Source: Polyangiaceae bacterium
GTDB lineage: Bacteria > Myxococcota_A > Polyangia > Polyangiales > Polyangiaceae
Reading direction: 5' to 3'
Assembly: GCA_044222475.1 (NCBI GenBank)
Contig: JBGANF010000152.1
Location: forward strand, 1-17,315
Length of the DNA: 17,315 nt
Shown here: one piece after another, positions 9,584-17,315 of the stretch
Layout: every line of letters begins with the position of its first letter
Numbering within the stretch: position 1 is the first letter of the stretch
Translations under genes and position numbers: made by a program
Notes under the pieces: generated by a model
Databases searched by the model: none
Told to the model about the DNA's origin: nothing
Seen by the model: the letters and a program-made list of their open reading frames with translations, nothing else

Positions 9584-11341
9584 TCAGTTGGGGACGGGCG
9601 GCACGACGACGGTGTTGATCGGCTTCACGCTCGCCCCGGCGGGGTAGGCGTAGCTCGATGCGCTGTCGTAACCGTAGACGGTGATGCCGAACGGCGACGA
9701 GCTCTTGATCGTGTGCAGGCCGTTGTTGCAGTTTCCGACCGGCTGCTTGTTCTGTTGCAGGAACACGTGCGCCGATTGGAACCCGGTGTTGCCGATGTTG
9801 GTCCACCCAGTGACGGTGCCGAGGCAGTCGAGCGTGACGTCCTTGTAGGTGTTGTCCGACGCCTTGCCGCGGGTGAGCGCGAGATCCGTCCACCCGTAGG
9901 TCGGATCGCTGAAGAACACGTACGAGCTCAAGAACTGCTGCGGCGGCACGATGTTCACGGTCTCGGGGCCGCCGATGCCGTAGTTCGACGACTCGTTGCC
10001 GACGGCGACGTAGTCGTTGCCGAGCGCTTGAACCGGCGGGATCTGCTGGTGCGCCGCGTCGCAGTCGCCGCCGGGGCGGTGTGCTCCGAGGTAGAACGGG
10101 TGCTTGTCGTCCTGAGCGGACACGCGGAACGCGTTCGGTCCGGCGAACTCGACGAGCTGTCCTCGCGCGAGCGTCGTCGGTGCTGCGCCGTTCGGCGGGT
10201 CGTACTTGAGCGTCGTCCCGTCGACCGCGCCGACGATGCGCCACGTCGGCGGGCTGTTCTGGAACATGCAGAAGTGCTCGCCCCACACGCCGATCGGCGC
10301 GCTCGACTGCACGATGGTGCCGGTGAGGTCGATCTTCTGGGTGATGTGGACGATCTGTCCCTTGTTGATCGTGTAGGTGACCGGCACGCCCTTCGTCGCG
10401 GCGGCGACGCCGGTTCCGCCGGTGATGTTGTTCGACGGAAGAACGGTGACCTTCGTCGCGTCTTCGCGGGCGACGAAATCGAGGCCGGGCGGGAACGCGA
10501 CGTTGCTGTCCATCGTGACGGCGACGAAGTTCGTGTCCCACGCGGTCGTGGGGAGGAGGAGCGTCGCGCTGGAGATGTACGAGGTCGCGCCGCCGTACGG
10601 GTAGATGTCGTAGACGACCGCGGGGACGCTCGTCTTGATCTCCATCGCATTGCCGATGCTGGTCCCGTGGATGACCATGTCCTCGTTCTCGACCGCGGCC
10701 TTCACCGAGCTCGGGCACTGGACTTTCAGACCGCCGCCGCCCTGCGTCTGGTTGAGGAAGACGATCGCCATGCTCCCTTGCGGGATGCCGGTGTTCGGGA
10801 CGGGCTGATACGTGATCGCGCTGCCGCTCCCTTGCGGGATGTACGAGTACGGGGTCGCGTCGATCGTGTTGCCCTTCCAGACGAGCGTCACCTTCATGGG
10901 CGACGTCCAGTTGTTCGTCACGAACGCGGCGAAGCAGTTTCCGGCGGCGCCGCCGCTCGAGTACGCCTGGTTCCACCCGTCGGCGGGGAGCGCGTAGTAG
11001 TCGCAGCCGATCGAGCTCTTGTTGGCGGCCGCCGCGTCGCATGCGTTGATGCAGCCGTTGGGACCGCAGCCCTGATCGCCGGTGCACTGCTGGATGACCT
11101 GCGGGTTGTCGCCGCAGGTGAGGATGCTGTGCAAGTCGCCCGAGCACTGCGTGCACCCCACTTGGCCGTCGCCGCCGGGTGCGTCGGGGAAATTGAACGG
11201 ATTGTCGTCGTTCGTCGCGGCATCGGTTTCGCCGCCGTCGAGGTTGAACCCGCTGCCGTTCGATCCGCCGCACGCGGCTCCGATCGCGACGGCGACACCG
11301 ACCAATGAAGTGATCGAAACATAAGCGGCGACTCTACGCAT
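9584..11341 (-). CDS. IgGFc-binding-protein N-terminal-domain lipoprotein, 585 aa
   Basis: GGAGG RBS; AIGAA-C lipobox; KSSIGCDYY, SSATLLLPTTAWDTNFV, WRIVGAVDGT, VPPQQFLSSYVF and PFGITVYGYDSASSYAYPAG motifs. Confidence 0.88.
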   Translation of the reverse strand: MRRVAAYVSITSLVGVAVAIGAACGGSNGSGFNLDGGETDAATNDDNPFNFPDAPGGDGQVGCTQCSGDLHSILTCGDNPQVIQQCTGDQGCGPNGCINACDAAAANKSSIGCDYYALPADGWNQAYSSGGAAGNCFAAFVTNNWTSPMKVTLVWKGNTIDATPYSYIPQGSGSAITYQPVPNTGIPQGSMAIVFLNQTQGGGGLKVQCPSSVKAAVENEDMVIHGTSIGNAMEIKTSVPAVVYDIYPYGGATSYISSATLLLPTTAWDTNFVAVTMDSNVAFPPGLDFVAREDATKVTVLPSNNITGGTGVAAATKGVPVTYTINKGQIVHITQKIDLTGTIVQSSAPIGVWGEHFCMFQNSPPTWRIVGAVDGTTLKYDPPNGAAPTTLARGQLVEFAGPNAFRVSAQDDKHPFYLGAHRPGGDCDAAHQQIPPVQALGNDYVAVGNESSNYGIGGPETVNIVPPQQFLSSYVFFSDPTYGWTDLALTRGKASDNTYKDVTLDCLGTVTGWTNIGNTGFQSAHVFLQQNKQPVGNCNNGLHTIKSSSPFGITVYGYDSASSYAYPAGASVKPINTVVVPPVPN

Positions 11342-11456
11342 GCGCGGCCTCCAGGCGTCATTGTGCCACTTCGCCTTCCCCGAGGCATGGCAAAGTCACT
11401 GAGCGGGGCTGATCGGTGGCTTGCCGCCCGATGCGTCCTGCGCTGTCATGCCGCCC

Positions 11457-14400
11457 ATGCCGCGCTACGAGCTGGTCGAGGGGACGTCGAGCAAGTTCTG
11501 GGAAATCGAGCTGGATGGCAGCTCGTTCACCGTGCGCTTCGGTCGCATCGGGACGAACGGCCAGTCGCAGACGAAGTCGTTCCCGAGCGACGCCAAAGCG
11601 CGAACCGAGCACGACAAGCTGGTCAAAGAAAAAACCGGGAAGGGCTACGCGCTCGCCTCCGCTTCCGCTTCCGCTTCCGCTTCCGCTTCCGCTTCCGCTT
11701 CCGCTTCCGCTTCCGCTTCCGCTTCCGCTTCCGCTTCCGCTTCCGCTTCCGCTTCTGCGAAGCGCGCATCGTCTCGCATGCCTCTCCCCGATCTCGCCGC
11801 GACCTTCGCGAAGGTCCAAGAAGGCGTGAAGAAGGAGATCGCCGAGAAGAGCAAATACCTCCGCGAGAAAGACGAAGGCTGGACCGAGCTCCTCGCCGCC
11901 GCGGGCAAGCGCTACGCCTCGGGCGACATGAAGTCGAAGCTCGACGAGGCGATCGAGTCGACCATCGGCGACCGCCTCGATCTCCCGCTCATGCTCCAGT
12001 GGTGGCACGCGAAGGAAGGTCCGGCGTTCGCCGTCCGTGCGTGGGCCCACACCTGGCGATGGGACCCATGGGGTCACGCGTTCGAGAACCCGGGCGAGAC
12101 GCTCTACAAGTACGGTCACAACTCCGCGTCCGAGTATCTCCACGTGCGCGAGTGGGTCGCGACCCTCGACGCGGCGTCGTACGCAGAGGCGCGCGACGCC
12201 GCGAAGGCGATCCACGACGTCGCTCCGCTCACCCTTCGCTGCGGGCTCGCGTGCGCGTTTCCCGAAGAGTCGTCGTGGGCGGAGAAGGACGCCGACGAGA
12301 TCCTCGCGCTCGATCGGGCCGCCTCTCATCCGGTGTTCAATCGCCCCGGGTTCCTCACCGGCGTGCTCGCGTCGCTGCGAGACGAAACGCGGATCTCCGC
12401 GCTCGCGAAGCAGCTCCAGAAAGACCCGTGGGAGGCGCGGCAGATCGCCGAGACCCTCGCGCGCAGCGCGGGAGATGCAGCGATCGACGCGTTGGCGAGG
12501 TTCGCCGACGGCGGCGGCGGCGGACGCGGCGACACCGTGACGGACTTCGCCAAAGGGATCGCGATCGTCGCATCGCCGCGCGCGGCGGCGGCGCTCGCTG
12601 CGCGTCTCGACGACAAGTCGGTGCGGCCGGTCGCTCTCGAGCTGTTCTCGAGTCGCGTCGATCTCGCGGTCCCGGCGCTGGCGAAGGTCTCGAGCGGGCG
12701 AGGCAAAGCGGCCGACGCCGCCGGGCGCGTCGCAGTGCAGCTTGCGAGCGCGAACCGCGCTGCGTTCGACGGCGCAGTCGCCAAGCTCGACGCCTCCGAC
12801 AAGAAGGCGATCGCGGCCGTGCTCGACAAGCTCGCCGTCGGGCCCGAGGCGAGCGTCGCCGAGCTCCCGCCGGTGCTCCGCGATCCGCCGTGGCTGCGCG
12901 CGTCCCGCAAAGCCGCCCCACCGCCGGCGAGCGTCGCGCTCACGCCGCTCGCGATCGAAGAGAAGGTCGTCTGGATCCCGGGCGAGCTCGGCGAGTACGA
13001 CACACCGCTCCCGCGTACGACGCCGCTCATCGACGTGCAGAGCCTCGTCGGTTGGAAGAACCTCCCCGCCGGCGTGAAGGAGCGAAGCAAGGAGATGGAC
13101 GCATTCGTCGAGAAGGCGTTCGCGAAGAGCAACCCGGACGAGTACTTCAAGCGCGTCCACTACGTGTCGACGATGCTGCACGTCTGCAGCGACGCCGTCG
13201 CGCTGCGCCTCCTCGACACGCAAACCGATCGGCTCGTCGACGCGAACATCCACGACCTCGACTACCTGCTCTCGCGCTTCGAGCTCCGGGCCCTCGGCGG
13301 GCTCATCGCGCTCGCCGAAGCGCAGCCCGCGCGCCTCGCGGTGCTCGTGCGCGTCGCGTCGCCCAAGCTCGCGCCGCTCATGGCCGACGCGCACTTCCGC
13401 ATGAAGAAGATCGGCCCGATCGCGCGCGATTGGTTCGGTCGATTCCCCGAGCACGCGGCGGTGGGGCTGATCCCGCTCGCCCTCGGCGACGACAAGAAGC
13501 TCCGCGCCGCGGCGACGAGCGCGGTTCGATGGATGTCCCAACATGGGCACGCGGCGGTCCTGCGGTCGGTCGCCGATCGATACGGCAAGCCCGCGCGCGC
13601 CGCGCTCGACGCGCTCCTCGAGTTCGACCCTCTCGACGACTTCCCGGCGAAGCTGCCCAAACCCCCGGCGTGGCTGAAGGCCGACGCGCACCCGCGCCCG
13701 GTGCTCCGCGCGGGTCGGAAGTCACTCCCGCTCGCTGCGGTCGAGCATCTGCTGACGATGCTCCAGTTCCCGGCCACCGACCCGCCCTATGCCGGGTTCG
13801 CCCAGGTGAAGGAGGCGTGCGATCCGGAGTCGCTCGCCGAGCTCGCGTGGTCGCTCTTCAACGAGTGGCTCTTGGCGGGAGCGTCGGGCAAAGAAGACTG
13901 GGCGCTCGCCGCGTTGGGGCACCTCGGCACCGACGAGACGGCGCGCCGCCTCGGACCGAAGATCCGCGTCTGGCCGGGAGAGGCCGCGCACGCGCGCGCG
14001 GTGAAGGGGCTCGACGTGTTGGCCCAAATTGGTACCGACGTGGCGCTCATGCACCTCGACGGCATCGCGACGAAGCTCAAGTTCAAGGGCCTCCAAGAGA
14101 AGGCCAAGGAGAAGATCGCCGAGGTCGCCGAGAGCCGAGGGCTCTCGCGCGAGGAGCTCGCCGATCGTTTGGTGCCGGACCTCGACCTCGACGACGACGG
14201 GTCCAAGGTCCTCGACTTCGGGCCGCGGAGCTTCCGCGTCGCGTTCGACGAGCACCTCCAGCCGTTCGTCACCGACGAAGCGGGGAAGCGGCAGAAGGAT
14301 CTCCCGAAGCCGGGCAAGTCCGACGACGCCGCGAAATCAGCCGAGGCGACGGCGTGGTGGAAGGCCACGAAGAAGGACGCGAAGACGCTCGCCGCGCAGC

Positions 14401-15086
14401 AGATCCTGCGCCTCGAGCTCGCGATGTGCGCGCGCCGCACCTGGGACGTGCCGACGTTCCGTACGTTCATGCTGGAGCACCCGTTGGTGTTTCACCTCGT
14501 GCGTCGCCTCGTATGGGGTACGTACCAAAATGGTAAACTTGGAGCGACGTTCCGCGTTGCCGAGGACAAGTCCTTCGCCGACGACGCGGACCGTCCGTTT
14601 TCGCTGGCCGAGGACGCCACCATCGGGATCCCGCACCTGCTCGACCTCGGCGACGCGGCGGCGGCCGCGTGGGGAGAGCGACTCGCCGACTACGAGATCA
14701 TCCAGCCGTTCGCCCAGCTCCAGCGGCCGGTGTACCGGGTCGACGCGAAGGAGAAGACGGCCACGGCGCTCGAGCGGTTCGAAGGCGTCAAGGTGCCGCT
14801 CGGGAAGGTCTTGCGACTCGAGGAGCGCGGTTGGCGGCGCGGCACTCCGCAAGACGCGGGGTGGATCTGGGACATGGAGAAGCCGCTTCCCGACGGGATC
14901 GTCGCGACGCTCGGACTCGGCGACGGGATTCTGGCGGGCGACATGTCCGAATCGGCGCCGGAGCAGACGTTGAAAGAGGTGACGCTCAGCAAGCGCGGCA
15001 GCGACGGCGCGCTGGCGCTAGGGGACCTCGCGCCGCTGGTGTTCAGCGAGCTGGTGCGAGATCTCGAAGAGCTTCGCGGGGGCTGA
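11457..15086 (+). CDS. WGR + DUF4132 domain protein (MolR/YehI-like), about 1209 aa
   Basis: N-terminal RYELVEGTSSKFWEI...VRFGRIGTNGQ (WGR); C-terminal AESRGLSREELADRLVPDLDLD...RLELAM...HPLV...LVWG...DYEIIQPFAQL (DUF4132). Alternative start ATG 11448. Confidence 0.9.
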   Translation: MPRYELVEGTSSKFWEIELDGSSFTVRFGRIGTNGQSQTKSFPSDAKARTEHDKLVKEKTGKGYALASASASASASASASASASASASASASASASASASAKRASSRMPLPDLAATFAKVQEGVKKEIAEKSKYLREKDEGWTELLAAAGKRYASGDMKSKLDEAIESTIGDRLDLPLMLQWWHAKEGPAFAVRAWAHTWRWDPWGHAFENPGETLYKYGHNSASEYLHVREWVATLDAASYAEARDAAKAIHDVAPLTLRCGLACAFPEESSWAEKDADEILALDRAASHPVFNRPGFLTGVLASLRDETRISALAKQLQKDPWEARQIAETLARSAGDAAIDALARFADGGGGGRGDTVTDFAKGIAIVASPRAAAALAARLDDKSVRPVALELFSSRVDLAVPALAKVSSGRGKAADAAGRVAVQLASANRAAFDGAVAKLDASDKKAIAAVLDKLAVGPEASVAELPPVLRDPPWLRASRKAAPPPASVALTPLAIEEKVVWIPGELGEYDTPLPRTTPLIDVQSLVGWKNLPAGVKERSKEMDAFVEKAFAKSNPDEYFKRVHYVSTMLHVCSDAVALRLLDTQTDRLVDANIHDLDYLLSRFELRALGGLIALAEAQPARLAVLVRVASPKLAPLMADAHFRMKKIGPIARDWFGRFPEHAAVGLIPLALGDDKKLRAAATSAVRWMSQHGHAAVLRSVADRYGKPARAALDALLEFDPLDDFPAKLPKPPAWLKADAHPRPVLRAGRKSLPLAAVEHLLTMLQFPATDPPYAGFAQVKEACDPESLAELAWSLFNEWLLAGASGKEDWALAALGHLGTDETARRLGPKIRVWPGEAAHARAVKGLDVLAQIGTDVALMHLDGIATKLKFKGLQEKAKEKIAEVAESRGLSREELADRLVPDLDLDDDGSKVLDFGPRSFRVAFDEHLQPFVTDEAGKRQKDLPKPGKSDDAAKSAEATAWWKATKKDAKTLAAQQILRLELAMCARRTWDVPTFRTFMLEHPLVFHLVRRLVWGTYQNGKLGATFRVAEDKSFADDADRPFSLAEDATIGIPHLLDLGDAAAAAWGERLADYEIIQPFAQLQRPVYRVDAKEKTATALERFEGVKVPLGKVLRLEERGWRRGTPQDAGWIWDMEKPLPDGIVATLGLGDGILAGDMSESAPEQTLKEVTLSKRGSDGALALGDLAPLVFSELVRDLEELRGG
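11655..11756 (+). repeat. Hexanucleotide microsatellite (GCTTCC)15 plus two degenerate units, encoding (AS)17
   Basis: Perfect GCTTCC x15 at 11661-11750, flanked by GCCTCC and GCTTCT, in frame directly after the WGR domain. Confidence 0.98.
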
Positions 15087-15089
15087 GCG

Positions 15090-15524
15090 TCACTCGATGA
15101 GCGCTTCGTTGACCTGCTGCTCGAGCGCGTCGACGCGCGATCCGAGCTGCAGCACGTCGATCAGGAGCTCGTCGAGCGCGCGCTCGTCCTCGTTGGTCTC
15201 GAGGTCGAACACCGCGATCGCATAGGCCGCCTTGTAGGCGGCGTCGCGCGCGCCTTCGCTCGGGATGCGCTTGGCGGCGTCGCGCACGCGGTCCTCGATC
15301 GATTGCGCCTCGAACGCTTCGCCGAACGCCTCGAGGATCTCGCCCACCGGCCGGTTGGGCGCGAGGTGCTTCGCGAGCGCGCGAAAGGACTCGAGCTCCT
15401 CGAACGATGCGTGACCATTCGCGTTGGCCATCGCGTACGCGATCTCGAGGATCGCGACCGCTTCGGAGCCGGAGATCGTGGCGTCCCCGAGGACGCGGGC
15501 GAAGTTGACACGGCGGGTTGTCAT
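15090..15524 (-). CDS. TerB-like (tellurite resistance family) protein, 144 aa
   Basis: ATG 15524 (C-terminal part of track ORF 15090..16415); two helical repeats with AMANANGHASFEE and AIAVFDLETNEDE, matching the TerB A-D-G-x4-E pattern. Confidence 0.75.
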   Translation of the reverse strand: MTTRRVNFARVLGDATISGSEAVAILEIAYAMANANGHASFEELESFRALAKHLAPNRPVGEILEAFGEAFEAQSIEDRVRDAAKRIPSEGARDAAYKAAYAIAVFDLETNEDERALDELLIDVLQLGSRVDALEQQVNEALIE

Positions 15525-15554
15525 CGAGGTCAATCTATCCGAGAGTCTTTGGGC

Positions 15555-17315
15555 ATGACCGAGAAACGGACCGCCACCTGCATGCTCTGCGAGGCGACCT
15601 GCGGCATCGTCTTGACGATCGACGGCGACCGCATCGTCCGCGTCGACGGCGACAAAGACGACTCCTTCAGTCGCGGGTACATCTGCCCCAAGGCCGCCGC
15701 GCTCGACGACGTGCGCCTCGATCCCGATCGGGTCACGACGCCGCTCCGGCGCACCAAGGCCGGCGAGCACGCTCCCATCTCGTGGGACGAAGCGCTCGAC
15801 GAATCCGCGACCCGACTCTCGGCGATCTACGACGAGCACGGCCCTCACGCGATCGCGACGTACGTCGGCAACCCGGTGGCCCACTCGTACGGCGCTGCCC
15901 TCGGCTCGATCCTCCTGAACAAGGGCATCGGCTCGCACGCGCGGTTCTCGGCGACGAGCGCCGACCAACTGCCGCAGATGCTCGCCTCGCTCGAGGTCCT
16001 CGGGCACCAAGTGCTCATGCCCGTGCCCGACCTCGACCGGACGCGGCACCTCTTGATCCTCGGCGGCAACCCCCTCGTCTCGAACGGGAGCCTCATGACG
16101 GCTCCCGGCATGAAGCGCCGCCTCGAGGAGCTCCGCGAGCGGGGCGGCAAGGTGGTCGTGATCGACCCGCGCCGCAGCGAGACGGCGGACGTCGCCGACG
16201 AGCATCACTTCATCGTGCCCGGCACCGACGCGCTGCTCCTGCTCGCGATGATCGACACGATCATCGACGAAGGGCTCATGCACCTGGGCGTGCTCGCGAA
16301 CCGCGTCGACGGCGTCGACGACTTGCGCCGCGTCGCGCGTGACTTCGCGGCCGAGAAGGTCGCCTCCAGCGTCGGGATCGACGCGCCGACGATTCGCCGC
16401 TTGGCCCGAGAGCACGCGAAGGCCGGCGGAGCGGCGTCCTATGTGCGCGTCGGAGCGTGCACCCAGGAGTTCGGTGGCCTCGTCGCGTGGGCGGCGCTCG
16501 CGCTCGACATCGTCACGGGCAACCTCGATCGTGCCGGCGGCAAGATGTTCGCGACGCCCGCCGTCGATCTCGTCGCGCTCGCGAACCGCGCCGGATTGCG
16601 GGGAAGCTTCGGGCGATTCCGGTCTCGGGTGCGCAACCTACCCGAGTTCGGCGGCGAGCTCCCGGTCGCGGTTCTCGCCGAGGAGATCACCACCGAAGGC
16701 AAGAAGCGCATCCGCTCACTCGTGACGATGGCCGGCAACCCGGTGCTCAGCATCCCGAACGGAGCCGCGCTGGACGCCGCGCTGCCCAAGCTCGATTTCA
16801 TGGTCTCGGTCGACATCTACAAGAACGAGACCACGCGCCACGCGGACATCATCCTTCCGCCGACGTTCGGTCTCGAGCGCGACCATTACGACATGGTGCT
16901 CTACGCGTTCGCCGTGCGAAACGTCGCGCGCTACGCGCCGCCCGTGTTCCCGAAGCGCGGCGACACCCGCGACGACTTCGACATCTTGAGCGATCTCGCG
17001 CTGCGGGTCGTGAAGCGTCGTCGCGGGGCGAAGGCGCTCGGCGCTCAGATGGTCCTGCGCGCGGCTCGCACCGCTGGAGCGCGCCGGCTCCTGGACGGTC
17101 TCCTCCGGACCGGCCCGCATCGACTGTCGCTGAAGAAGCTCGGCGAGAATCCGCACGGAGTCGACCTCGGAGCGCTCGAGCCTCGGCTCGACCATTTCCT
17201 CGGCGGTCGCGCGATCCAGGTCGCTCCGCGGGTGTTCCTCGACGACCTCGCGCGGCTGAAGTCGTCGCTCGCGAGCGAATCCCCGAAGGGGCAGCTACGC
17301 CTCATCGGCCGGCGC
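15555..17315 (+). CDS. Molybdopterin-dependent oxidoreductase (DMSO reductase superfamily), 3' truncated
   Basis: Not in the ORF track because it has no stop in the window. Hand translation: MTEKRTATCMLCEATCG...RGYICPK (4Fe-4S CxxCxxxC...C), ISWDEAL, YVGNP, FSATSADQLP, GGNPLVSNGS, VVIDPRRSETA, PGTD, DIYKNETTRHADIILP. The start, internal motifs and the final codons (LIGRR) share one frame; no Tat signal. Confidence 0.93.
   Translation, partial: MTEKRTATCMLCEATCGIVLTIDGDRIVRVDGDKDDSFSRGYICPKAAALDDVRLDPDRVTTPLRRTKAGEHAPISWDEALDESATRLSAIYDEHGPHAIATYVGNPVAHSYGAALGSILLNKGIGSHARFSATSADQLPQMLASLEVLGHQVLMPVPDLDRTRHLLILGGNPLVSNGSLMTAPGMKRRLEELRERGGKVVVIDPRRSETADVADEHHFIVPGTDALLLLAMIDTIIDEGLMHLGVLANRVDGVDDLRRVARDFAAEKVASSVGIDAPTIRRLAREHAKAGGAASYVRVGACTQEFGGLVAWAALALDIVTGNLDRAGGKMFATPAVDLVALANRAGLRGSFGRFRSRVRNLPEFGGELPVAVLAEEITTEGKKRIRSLVTMAGNPVLSIPNGAALDAALPKLDFMVSVDIYKNETTRHADIILPPTFGLERDHYDMVLYAFAVRNVARYAPPVFPKRGDTRDDFDILSDLALRVVKRRRGAKALGAQMVLRAARTAGARRLLDGLLRTGPHRLSLKKLGENPHGVDLGALEPRLDHFLGGRAIQVAPRVFLDDLARLKSSLASESPKGQLRLIGRR

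Noticed and set aside
11360..11393. Minus-strand TTGCCA...TGGCACAAT upstream of the IgGFc gene as a full sigma70 promoter
   Set aside because: The 22-nt spacer is too long; only an extended -10 is plausible, which is too weak to call.
11655..11756. Repeat tract as a CRISPR array or ON/OFF phase-variation switch
   Set aside because: There are no spacers, and a 6-nt unit cannot shift the reading frame.
15505..15510. Perfect TTGACA inside the TerB-like gene
   Set aside because: No -10 box at 16-18 nt spacing; TTGTCA at 15518 fits better.
11457..17315. MolR ('molybdate regulator')-like gene near a molybdoenzyme as a functional link
   Set aside because: The MolR name is weakly founded, the genes are separated by an opposite-strand gene, and nothing in the sequence links them.

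Overview
High-GC window whose gene content (Cys/Gly-rich lipoproteins with 'DAG/DGG' linkers, an IgGFc-binding lipoprotein, WGR-DUF4132) suggests a Myxococcota/Polyangiaceae-like organism (inference). From left to right: (1) 5' end of a HUH/Y1 (RAYT-like) transposase on the minus strand, absent from the ORF track, with a sigma70-like promoter and two nested GCGAAGC hairpins; (2) two secreted lipoproteins (Cys-rich; beta-helix); (3) a 93-aa exported peptide ending in a CVPSWGPLAPP motif, translationally coupled to a ferritin-like diiron enzyme and divergent from an atypical Lgt paralog; (4) a HAD-ECH fusion plus thiolase; (5) an IgGFc-binding lipoprotein plus a glycine-rich lipoprotein; (6) a WGR-DUF4132 protein carrying a (GCTTCC)15 microsatellite; (7) a TerB-like gene divergent from a truncated molybdopterin oxidoreductase. 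The best candidate for an undescribed system is (3). Its intergenic region holds two back-to-back sigma54-like promoters placed symmetrically around a perfect 9-bp inverted repeat. All family assignments come from motif recognition; no searches were run.
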